A DNA stretch of 64,000 nucleotides from Trichoplax sp. H2 (taxonomy: Eukaryota): positions 62,001 to 126,000 of the forward strand of contig NOWV01000027.1 in the NCBI GenBank assembly GCA_003344405.1, given 5' to 3'. A model generated the notes under the pieces. The model made no database searches. It saw only the letters and a list, made by a program, of their open reading frames with translations, and had not been told where the DNA came from. Shown in pieces: positions 38,502 through 56,281 of the stretch. A program made the position numbers and the translations under genes. Numbering within the stretch: position 1 is the first letter of the stretch; every line of letters starts with the position of its first letter.

Positions 38502-41500
38502 TTATAGGTAACTATCAAATATTGTCATTCGTCCATCCCAAGAGGAAAAAGCCTCAGCGAGCTCTACAAAATCCATTGGGCTCATGTTGGATGCACATTT
38601 TCGCGGAGGAATCTTTAATTTTTCGAGTACTGTGTAGGATCCAGGAGCAATTGATCTAAGATAGGCGTTACAACGTCAAATATAGATTAATTATATAATT
38701 ATCACTGGATAGCAAAAATGTATACACACAAAACAAGGCAATCATGACAATTATTATTACAGAGCACTAACTCTAGTCTATTCAACAGTGGTTGCCTTCG
38801 AGCCGCAAAAACTTGCTGTAGGATAGGATCAAGAAATTTTAAGGCTTTATCTATAAACAAACAAATGAAATAAATATGACATGATCTACAACGGTATAAA
38901 TAAATATTATGCGATAACTGTTATTGGAGTTGCACACTGACCTGATAGCTCACAATGCTTTTTTGTTTCAAGGCAAATAAGTTCCATCGAATTTCCCTAT
39001 ATAGTAAAAGGCCCATAGAATGAATGTGCGTAGACGAGGAACAAAGACGCAACAAATGACAATCAGTTATGGGTAACACGATCAATGTTACAGTATCAGA
39101 GTTGTCGCACCTTAATTGCCGTACCTCTAGGAAAAAATTCGTCGATATGGTCCTGTAATAATAGCATATTGCATTTGTCTATCAGTATCTTGGAAATAAG
39201 CTATATCCACTAAATATAGTTTAATGTCTCTTGCAACACACCTTAGATAACGTTGATATATTACATAATATATTACTAAGTACGGTAATTCTTCCATAAA
39301 TTGGAGTACCGACGTGGGCGTATAACGCCTACACGTATTGTACAGTATAGAAGAGAAGATTTAAATTTGCTTGCAGGTATTAGTAAATGTACAGCAGTAC
39401 AAATGGTATATGAATAGAAGTGTTATCTAGAAAAATATTAAGTTAAATGATTGCTAACCCTAGCAGTTTTCTCTGTATAATATGCTATGTGTTGCCATCT
39501 GCCCCAACGGTGCAGTCCACTCCTTTCAATAAGTCTTATCAAATAACTTATAGTAAACCGATGGCCCATGGTATTATTAGCAACGCCAATGACTCGGCCA
39601 ACAATATCTATAAATGATATAGCAGATTTGTCTTCAAGTGGTGCTCAACATACTATAATACACATAAAACAATTTTTCCTACAAGTCGATGAGTATACTC
39701 TATATACAGTAGTATAGTAAATTTGATATCAGTCTAAGATACTTTATTATTTGCATGGATAATTTACAAAATTATGCGTAAATAAAATACGTTACCATCA
39801 TCCCAACTTTTTGGTTTTATATGGCCTAAAATATCACCACTTTGGTAAACGGGCGGAATGTATCCTTGATAAAGTGGTATTAAATCTAATTTATTAATGT
39901 CACTATAATACGCTTTTAGTCTGCCATCAGAATCGTTTTCTAATTCCTAAACAACAATAGTGTGGTATTACATTTTTAAAGATATATATCCATCAAAGGG
40001 TTTACGTATATAATGATTATAATTTTAAATCGCTAGTATAAATCCATAGTAGTTAATTGGTAGCACATGTGACGAATTACAGTTAAGGACATTTGGAAGC
40101 AAATTCCTAAAACAGCATTCATTTTATAGTAATAAGTGTATCTATGTTATTTCTTTTTACAGGAAATAGAGTTATGTTAAGTTAAGCGTGTAAATCAATA
40201 TTAGATAGTAATGATGAAGACCTTAATCTACGGTAGCCTTGGATTATGAAGTATGTAAATCAGATAGAAAATTAACTTGACAAAATAAATGCTATAATCA
40301 TTATAACAGTCTACTTTACAGTTATAATATAAAAATTTGACTAATAAACAAAGAAGCATATAAAAAGTACTGCACAAAGATATTGCTATGCTACTGTCAA
40401 TAGTGGATATCATTCTACCCACCTAACATAATCTACCACAGTATTGAGAAACAAATTAATTTCGGAATCAAAGATAATACCTTTAACGTGGATAAAAATT
40501 TCTGGTTGGATTCTAAAGCAACCAGTTGTGTACAGCCTGCATTAAGTAGGGCTTTGGTTAAGACTCCAGGACCTGATATATTGAATAGAAGTATATTTGC
40601 ATTTTTGAATCGATTGCATCTTATTTGATATAGTTATACATTGTACCATAGTTTACACTGCACTGTAAAAGAATTCTATTTAGAGTATAAATATATCCAA
40701 TTGTATTATGGCAACATTACTTAAAAGATATTTGCAATTGTAAATTACAATTAATATGGCAATGATTATAAAACTGTATTGGTTAGAAGTTAATTCTATA
40801 ATATAGCTCTAACTTGACGCTATTGCAAATTCATTGTAACTCCATCATTTAATCAGATGCATCGTCACCAAATGAATTTCAAGCATGCATCGTGTTTCGC
40901 ATACTGTGCTTGTTTACTGAGTAGAATATTTCAGTCTAGTACTGTACAGTACTATGTTGTGGTTTAATAATTTACTTGTAGTCTAGTAGGATGTACTTCT
41001 AAACATGACTGTCCATTTACTACTCTTAACACCGTATCATTTACATTTTATTGATCGTTCTCCATTCATTCTTACCTGGATCTTTCTCGATGATGACGTA
41101 TTTATGTAGATCGCCGAAACTTTTAGCTACCTTATCTGCATAATATGGTTATAAATAAGAAGCAAAAAATGTATCAATACATTTCCTGCATCATCATTGG
41201 TATATTCATGAATCATCTTAGCCTTGGTGCAAATCACTTGCAATCTAAATTGTATCTTCAATGGCAGAATAATACTAAATGCCTGTATACTACGTACCCT
41301 ACTGCACGTCTAGTACAACTGTACTGTACAAATTGTTGCAACATTGCATAGGTCAAGTCTTCACCTAGCTGCAATTGTAACCTATCAAGCCTGATGGAAG
41401 TGGGTAGGCGTATGACATGATCAGCAGAGACTGTAGGAAGTAGCGAATAATAACGTAATGTCTTGATAATTCTACTCTGAGTTAATGGAGTTATTTTACG

Positions 41501-41753
41501 TGTATCAATTCGCCCCAAAGTGATTCAATAACTGTATCCTCAACGTCGATGGCTTTACCGAGGTATACTGTCTACAGTTTATCAAGCTGCATATCCTAAC
41601 AAATTGTTCTTCTTATTCTATCACCTTACCTGCAGTCTGTGGATTAATAAGATGCCTATGAGATGCTTTGATATTACGTTTATAATATCCAACAAATTTT
41701 TTCTCCAAATCTTGCATAGTTAACTGAGGTAAAATTCGCCTAGCTGCTGCCAT
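38502..41753 (-). CDS. TFB2M: Mitochondrial transcription factor B2 / dimethyladenosine transferase 2 (KsgA family), about 10 short exons
   Basis: Hand-spliced protein: MAAARRILPQL...HRHLINPQTA|DKVAKSF...VIIEKDP|GPGVLTKALLNAGCTQLVALESNQKFLSTLK|...LHRWGR...SIAPGS...KCASNMSPMDFVEL. The xPGPG and VALES motifs fit TFB2M better than TFB1M. Confidence 0.85.
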
Positions 41754-42889
41754 CTTTGCCACATTCAACTCTTTTCAATATTGCAGCCTGGAGACCCTGT
41801 ATGAGAGACATCTACAGTACAGTATTGAATGTTCAATACTGTAGTCATGGTACTGTACAGTACATACTGTACTGTACGGTACTGTATGAACACTATACAG
41901 TAGAAGGTTTCTAGTGTACACTGTACTGTACAGTACAGTAGGCTATTGTAGCTCTCTGTTCACGTGCTTGCAATTAGCAGCGCCTGCGTACAGTCATAAT
42001 GGAAAAAAATGGCTACTTACTATTGCATGCATCTTCCGTGTCTGTTTTCTAAATCGCTGCTACTAATTTAAATGGTATCGACGATCTTGTACAACTATTT
42101 TCAAGCACAGCTTTGTAACAGATAATAAGATTCAATGCAATATTAGCTCATTAAGAAAAAATGAGTCAATTCAAAATCGACCTTCTGNNNNNNNNNNNNN
42201 NNNNNNNAGTTTATCAAGCTGCATATCCTAACAAATTGTTCTTCTTATTCTATCACCTTACCTGCAGTCTGTGGATTAATAAGATGCCTATGAGATGCTT
42301 TGATATTACGTTTATAATATCCAACAAATTTTTTCTCCAAATCTTGAATAGTTAACTGAGGTAAAATTCGCCTAGCTGCTGCCATCTTTGCCACATTCAA
42401 TATTGCAGCCTGGAGACCCTGTATGAGAGACATCTACAGTACAGTATTGAATGTTCAATACTGTAGTCATGGTACTGTACATACTGTACAGTACGGTACG
42501 AACACTATAGAAGGTTTCTAGTGTACTGTACTGTACACTGTACTGTACAGTACAGTAGGCTATTGTAGCTCTCTGTTCACGTGCTTGCAATTAGCAGCGT
42601 CTGCTGCGCCTGCGTACAGTCATGAACACCTTGCAGAAGGCCTGGACTGATCCTTTCCTCGGACAGACGGACTTTCCTTACCTAATAAAGGCCGCCAATA
42701 ATGGAAAAAAATAGCTACTTACTATTGCATGCATCTTCCGTGTCTGTTTTCTAAATCGCTGGTACTAATTTAAATGGTATCGACGATCTTGTACAACTAT
42801 TTTCAAGCACAGCTTTGTAACAGATAATAAGATTCAATGCAATAGTAGCTCATTGAGAAAAAATGAGTCAATTCAAAATCGACCTTCTG
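41576..42889. repeat. Near-identical direct duplication (41576-42187 vs 42208-42889) flanking a 20-N assembly gap; includes TFB2M exon 1 and its promoter
   Basis: Both copies begin agtttatcaagctgc and end aaatcgaccttctg. They differ by SNPs and indels, including a 76-bp insert in copy 2. Confidence 0.95.
42188..42207. other. Assembly gap (20 N)
   Basis: Run of n characters. Confidence 1.
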
Positions 42890-44718
42890 CATACTAAACT
42901 TGAGTACTGTTCTAATTTACAGTAGAATGGGGAGGGATGTTCGGCACAGTATGTTGACGCGATGAAGTTGAAAATGTCTGTCCGTCCAAGGGTGATCCTT
43001 GTACACTGTACAGTAGGTCAAGGACTAGTTATAAAAGAAGAAAGAGTCCGGATCTAGGTCTTCTTCTAGTACTTTCAGTCATGTTTCAGTATTTCACTAG
43101 TAGTGGATAGTGAACAGTGTACAGCAGTCCAGGAGTCCGTAATACAAAATGTCTGCTAGAATCAAGAGGGACCCGGAAATGGCGAAGACCAACTATTTTA
43201 CTGGTCTTCCAATAGTATCGTGTGTCTGTAGTCGCACAGTACATTGTTACGATAGCAGCAAGTGTAACAATATGAGATTTACTGTACTGTATTTAGTAGT
43301 GCATGAAATTGAAATTTTCGATCATTATAAAACAAGGAGTTTCTCTTTTAGAAATTGCTGAGTGTACAGTGTCTACCAACTTCCTTCTTAATATTCGCAG
43401 TATTTGGCCATCAAGCACGCCGTATTTTATGCCAAAAAGATGACCGTCTGCACCGCTATGAATGGTCGACTCATCAACCATTCTCTACAGTATTGTATGA
43501 TTGCGCCAACAGAAAGAATATAATTAATGAATTATTCAAAATTGTATAAAAATAATCACTAATATGAATAGATTGATTTACACTCGTATGAAAACTCTCC
43601 ATTGAGTACGGAGGCTTTTATGAAACTGACAATGGCATAAAACAATCTGTTGATCATCAGCACTAACGCCATTCTATATACTGCAGTAGTATATCGTAAT
43701 TATTTATCCACGATGGTGACTAGTGTTGAACTGTTTATTATACACAGTATACAACTTTTAGTTATTACAGTAAATGATAGAGCTAAATGTTCTATTCACA
43801 TAACGACTCTTTTATTCAGAAAGATTGTAAGGCGACTTAGTATTACTAATACCAGTGAACTACGCTCCATTCAGTAGCTTCAAAGTTCAGGACATAGCGA
43901 TTAAAAGTACTCCAAATGTCATTTTTTTTGGGGGGGGGGGGGGAAAACTTGTCGAAACTGTTGTAGAAGCGCTTGAATGAAAGTGATTTAATTGTAATCA
44001 AAGACGTGAATATATATTTAACAGACTGCCACAGTAAGCTCGGGTGGGGCAACGTTTCCTATACAACAGTTGGTGTACAGCATAGTAAGTAGTTTTGTTT
44101 TGATTAGTAATTACCGTATTATAATTTCATTGTCATCAGGCTACTCCATAATCTCATTGAGTGGTGGACTGTAATCACTTAATACATGACAAAAGCTGTC
44201 GCTAATCTAATGCTATAATTAGCACTAGAACAATCTTCCGCGACTCATAGACGACTTTCTCAATCAGATGCACTTCTGCATTTGATTTCTTGCAATAAAA
44301 GCAATCTGTTGAACTCGCTGTGATTCGCTAAGCTTGCTAGCCAGCCGGTTGACCTAGCATAAGTCTAGAGAAAAGGATGCATGCAGAATTCATTTACTGT
44401 ATCAATAAAAGTGGCACCCCCAGTGTGTGCATGGATAGCAATGGGAAAAGTCTCGCCTGGGGCGAGTAACATCGCACGGTATATGATGTTGTTCAAAGGA
44501 ATTGATGTTGACTACGCAGACAGTCGATCGAGTTATCAGCGGAGTGTGCTATCTCCAAGCATCAAGGTGTTTGACAGTATACTGCATAAGCTGTTGAATA
44601 GATGACGAAGAAATCCATGGCTGTTGCGTTTTTCCACCCCATAGTATGCATTGACGTCGTAGTCAGTATTGGATGCAGACTGCAGAAGGATACCCTGGTC
44701 GTACAACGATGGCTTACT

Positions 44719-45132
44719 GCAACAAAATGACCGTACGCTAGCCACTTTAAAGTGGAAATGTGCATTCTTACACAGTCGGTTTCAAGCTAACGTGACAGTA
44801 GAAATAGCAGCATAAAAGTGCCTTAAATAAAATCGCATCGTGCTGCACACCGAGTCAAAAAGCAGAAATAGGGGAGGGGGGTGGGAAATTACTCTATCTT
44901 TATCTGCTTTTGAGTATTTAAAAACGACAGCTTTCCGCAACAAAATGACCGTACGCTAGCCACTTGATCAGTTTCAAGTGGAAACGTCTATTGTTACTCA
45001 GTCGGTTTCAAACTAACGTGAAATAGCAGAAATAGCAGCATGAAAATGCCTTGAATGGGATCGCATGGTGTTGCACACCGAGTCCAAAAAGCAGAAATAA
45101 GGGGATTACTTCATCTTCATCTGCTTTTGAGT
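44719..45132. repeat. Diverged tandem duplication of about 200 bp (44719-44915 and 44937-45132)
   Basis: Shared blocks gcaacaaaatgaccgtacgctagccactt, cagtcggtttcaa, gcacaccgagtc, gcagaaata and atctgcttttgagt. Confidence 0.9.
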
Positions 45133-45312
45133 GTACACACTACAGCAGTACTGTACGTTTTGGTAGGATCCATCAGGCTGTCGAAGTGTAGAATACCTGT
45201 AGAGTTTATTGGTTAGTGGTTTTTTTTTTTTTTCATCAAAATTTCAATCCAAGGTACAAATAGCGACATGATCATGTCGCCAATAATGCAGCATACTGAA
45301 AAGCGGCCACAA

Positions 45313-45864
45313 CGAGCAAGAGAGAGAGAGAAAGCGATTGTCCTTCTTTCATCTTCTTGTCGCCAGTGTAGACTGCACACTACTGCATAATCCACTCCAT
45401 TAGACCTTAGCCTATAAAATGATATCGTTGGCAGCCTACAAAAAAAGAAGAAATGCAAGGGGTAGAAGAAAATATTGCAAGTTGTTTCCCTGTCGACCAT
45501 AGGGTAGAAATGACGACTTGAACGGTACCGCCGTACACCGTGCTCCCATAGTGACATACTATGGGAAGACCAAGGTAAAATTATCCATCGAGCAAGAGAG
45601 AGAGAGAGAAAGCGATTGTTCTTCTTTCATCTTCTTGTTACCAGTGTAGACTGCACACTACTACATAATACACTCCATTAGACCTTAGCCTATAAAATGA
45701 TATCGTTGGCAGCCTGCAAAAAAGAAGAAATGCAAGGGTAGAAGAAAATATTGCAAGTTGTTTCCCTGTCGGCCATAGGGTAGAAATGACGACTTGAATG
45801 GTACCGCCGTACACCGTGCTCCCACAGTGACACCCTATGGGAAGACCAAGGTAAAACTATCCAT
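45313..45864. repeat. Young tandem duplication, 2 x about 276 bp (45313-45588 and 45589-45864), each starting with an (AG)n tract
   Basis: Near-identical units cgagcaagagag...gggaagaccaaggtaaaa(t/c)tatccat. Confidence 0.95.
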
Positions 45865-47764
45865 CTCTATCCTGGTGGGATAGGCCATACTGTAAGCAGG
45901 AGCACGCCCTACTGTATCATACAGTCTACCTTGTTGAACGTAAACTGACCCACCTGACCGGGGGGGGGGGGTTGAGAGAAAAGGGTCCACTCAAGCGTAT
46001 GGTACTAGACCACAGTATGGCTTGAAAAATACTTTCTTGGTACCGGTCCAGTACCTGTAAGTGACGTGATAGTACCAACGCTACTGCAGTCTCTTGTCCA
46101 TTACCATAGGATTGGCTATAGTATTCTGTATAGACACTTTAAAGCAATGGTGATAGTCAGCGAGGATCGTTTTCTCCACTGCAGGAAAATCCACATTTAC
46201 GACATCAATCAAGCAAGGTGAGAAATTTCAAGACTACAGCATTATCTTGCAACTACTGTACGTACCATTAACACACATAAAGTAATCTACAAGAGAGACG
46301 ACGAATAGCTCTCCCAATTTAAAAGCTTGTACAACAGTCGTCGTTAGAGCGGCATCGAGGCTGAGTGAGAGAGGTTGCGAACGGAGTGACGGACGGCAGA
46401 CGCTGGTGGTGTCAATCATAACAAAGAATCAGACGATTGTCTTGTTGCCCGTACAGCTCGTACGGTAGACTACTTTGACTCAATTGTGTCAAGGATTGGT
46501 GCCTAGTAGCGAGTGGCTTGATCGTAAGCCCAGTCAGTCTTGAGTAGGCAACGTCGAGTAGCATAAGGGAAAAATTGGAGCACAAAAAGCAAAAATTCTC
46601 GACGTGGTTCTCGTCGTCTTAATTGCCAAAAGAAGAAGAACAACAACAACAAGTTGGCCAATTTCACCATTTTCCACAAGTTTACTCTTTTTCTATCCCT
46701 TTTTTCCTTGTTATTTTTCAAGGGATTTTATTGGTTATTGCTGCAACAAGTGTAGAGGCGACTTTGCCTATGGATAGTGGATGGCACATTGGATGATTGT
46801 GGTATAGATTGAGTCCGAGATTTCACGTATGTTATTGAATTGAGTGGGCAAGAAAACAACCATTAATCCATCCATCAACATTTAGTGGAGAAGGAAAAAT
46901 TATCCAAATTTATTGGCAGTTTATCCTTTCTACTACCTTGGATTTAAACTCCTTTTACTATTGCATTACTATCATTACAACTCCATGACTGGATGGTACT
47001 AGTCGGCTCTTTTCACCACAACGACAGTGAAAATTAGCCATCATAGAACGTGTCCCCACTTGGGACGTACGGCGACACTTTCAGCCATCCAACCGACCAA
47101 CTCGTTCCAGGTATTTGAGGCCAACACCATTCCTTCTATTACCATCCAATCTCTTGCTCTTGATCCATTCTAATTGGACATTGATCATTCCCTTCTTTAT
47201 CCAGAAAAATTATCGATATTATTATTATTTCTCTACACTCGTAGTGGACGACCCTTGCAAGCCTCGACTCAACGTCAACATCCTTTCCATGTCATTGATT
47301 ATATTTATCCTTGGGTAGCGCGCTGATTTCAAGTTGAAAAAAAATCCTTTCGCTATCTCTGACGTTAGCAACAGTATTGGTATCATTGCATTCTCACAGG
47401 CTAATAGTGTAGCCATAATACAACCCCTCCAATAAAAAGATAACTTTTCATTTTCCTTATTACACTGCTACTACCGCCAGTCAACCACTTTTAGGTAAAG
47501 TAGTAAGGGATTGCAAAGAACGAGCCCCCCCCTTCCCCCCCCCCAAAAAAAAAATTGTCCATCGTAGTCATCTTGTGGATAAAAGACGTAGCAAACAATA
47601 TCGCCCAATTTCTTCTTTTTTCATATTATTAGCTCATGTAATAACTGTGTACTATTGGCTTCAATTGCCTTGTTTGTTGTACATAATCTGTGATTTCAAT
47701 CAGCTATCACTACAGTAGAACCTTGCAAGAATTGACAAGAAAGAACATTTAGAATACAAAACAG

Positions 47765-54030
<6,266 letters not shown>

Positions 54031-56281
54031 AATACTGACGTGATGTACGTGCGTATTAAGAAACTAACTCTTACGATCGATCTGTCTTGATAAATATGAA
54101 ATACAGCTATATAATTGCCATAATTCTCGTAGAAACACTTACGTAAAATAAATGTAAGTTGGATTATAAGGTAGATATTGCCAAAAATTGCGTCGGTATA
54201 TCATTATTCATTCATTTATCGATTTATCGATTGATTCATTGACTAATTAATTCAATGTTTTGTAATATTTACTCTATTATTTCTGAATTGCTATCGAACC
54301 ATTTTATATATTTGTATTCAGTGTTACTTGTAAATTATCTACCTTTCCTTTAAATGTATTATATGCATTATGCTAAACATGTCTTACCATATAAGTAATG
54401 GATATTTTAATCGTAAAAAAAATAGGTAGTGTTTAATTCTCTATGTATTACAAGCACTGCCTTGGCCAAAAAGGAATTGTAAAGTATCGTAACCAGTGTA
54501 AATGAGATGGTCAAGAAATAGTACAGTATAGACAGTAGTGATACAAGAACTTTGAGTTGAGTAATCAACCTATGGGCTTTAATAGTTAATTTTGGAGAGA
54601 TGTTAATTGCTATTATCGATGCAGATGATAAAAGCTGCATTGTTATATTAGTATAATCATTAACACAATAGATAAAATAATTGTCACAGTGCTGTAAAGA
54701 ATATATATGATTTAATAACCTAAATTTTTATTGCAAAATGTTGATTTTGAAAGATAGTAGGAAATTAATTGGATAGCTTTATTATGTATTGGAAATCATA
54801 ACAAGCTTATTAGAGTTGGCATCATTTTTGAGACTCTGCTGTTATTATAACCTGCAGTACTTAATTATAATTTTAATGTAATATCACTAGCCTTTGATGC
54901 TAAAGCTATCATAAGTTTGCTCTTGTTGCTATCCAAACGCCAAAGGTTTAGTTCGTATGTATTGCATTTGATTAGCAAGTAGCTTTTCACGTATTTGGTG
55001 TTTTAATACTTTGACATAGTATGGACACACTAAATATTGAGTCTACGATATTATAATGGCGTATTATTGGAATTTTTTTAGTTTCTAATAATGGTATGTT
55101 GTCGTAATATGATGCGTCAAGGTATATCATATTTAATAATGTGTACTAGAGTCATCACTGCGATTTTTATTATTACTGTCAATTTATATCCATTTTTATC
55201 GCACTGCTTGTACTTTGCTGTACTTGAAATTTTTACTAAACTATGGTGAAATCTTTTAAGATAATGTGCTTTCAATTGAAAAAAACTTTTATATCACTCT
55301 CCAAACGTTATTCCAATACTAAATTGTCTTCACTTGGTCACATATTATACAACTCTACGATACTAATAACCTTTAATAGATTGTTCCTATTATTATAATG
55401 TATACTATGCAGTAAATAACTAACACTTTTGATATTGTATGATACGGTAAAAATAGACTTAAAGAACTCTTACTGACACCTTATCGCTATTTATAGTTTT
55501 ATTTCAGTATCATGATATTTACATTGCTGTAATTCTGTATTTTACTTTTCAAGCACAGCACATTTTTTAATTGGTACTAAATAACGAAAGAATGTTTCCG
55601 AGATTTCAATATAAATCTAATAAGCAGTTTATTTAAATAAATGACGATGGTTATAGGCTTACATTTTACGCTGGTTGATAGTCATTTTCGCTACTAGTTC
55701 ATTGCATGAATCTGCATACTTTCGATTACTTTATGATTAGTCTATAAACATATACACGCTATTATCGTATTTCGATGCAGATATTTCTGCGACGAAAAAA
55801 TGCCCACCACTTTCTTTCCCCTGTAGGTTTAGTTAGTTAAACTCTTCTTAATAATTAGCTATCGCATACTAAGCTATAAGTAGATACAATATTTAACATT
55901 GCTGCCCTGGTCGATTTCGCCTTCGTTATAAACTACCAATTATTCTAAATTAGGAAACTTTGATCTGTTATATTGAATTGGATCGATGAGTCGGTCTTTC
56001 CGTCCAATGAGACCATCGCAACGTCGTACTATAGTCAGCACAATCAGCAATTGGCCAGTCTCCAACCGCCCTGGCATTAGCTCTGCAGAAATAAATCAAG
56101 ATCAATGCTAGCAACCAACTTACAATTCAGTCATTTGATTCTAAGAATTTGTTTCAGCAAGGATAGAATAGCTTGGATCTTATGGCAAAGTCAATTAGTT
56201 GAGCTTTAGCTTATATGGAATGAAAACATTGGAAATCGATTATTACAATCGAGTGGTTGTCGTTGAATTAAAGGAAACGCA

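Noticed and set aside
38610..38630. Apparent frameshift in the last TFB2M exon
   Set aside because: Recounting the T run (5 T) gives an open frame, VLEKLKIPP.
41365..41430. In-phase cassette-like exon (VSADHVIRLPTSIRLDRLQLQL) in TFB2M intron 1
   Set aside because: Direct joining of exon 1 to exon 2 (RHLINPQTA-DKVAKSF) matches TFB2M spacing without it, and I see no homology support.
43293..43481. Minus-strand ORF starting MVDEST..., reminiscent of the hAT transposase DESTD motif
   Set aside because: Only a short, weak resemblance, with a stop just upstream, no other transposase motifs and no TIRs. A TBLASTN/HMM search would be needed.
44381..47416. Short ORFs between TFB2M and MLK as genes
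   Set aside because: They overlap repeats or low-complexity tracts and show no recognisable protein motifs. Some may be MLK 5' UTR.
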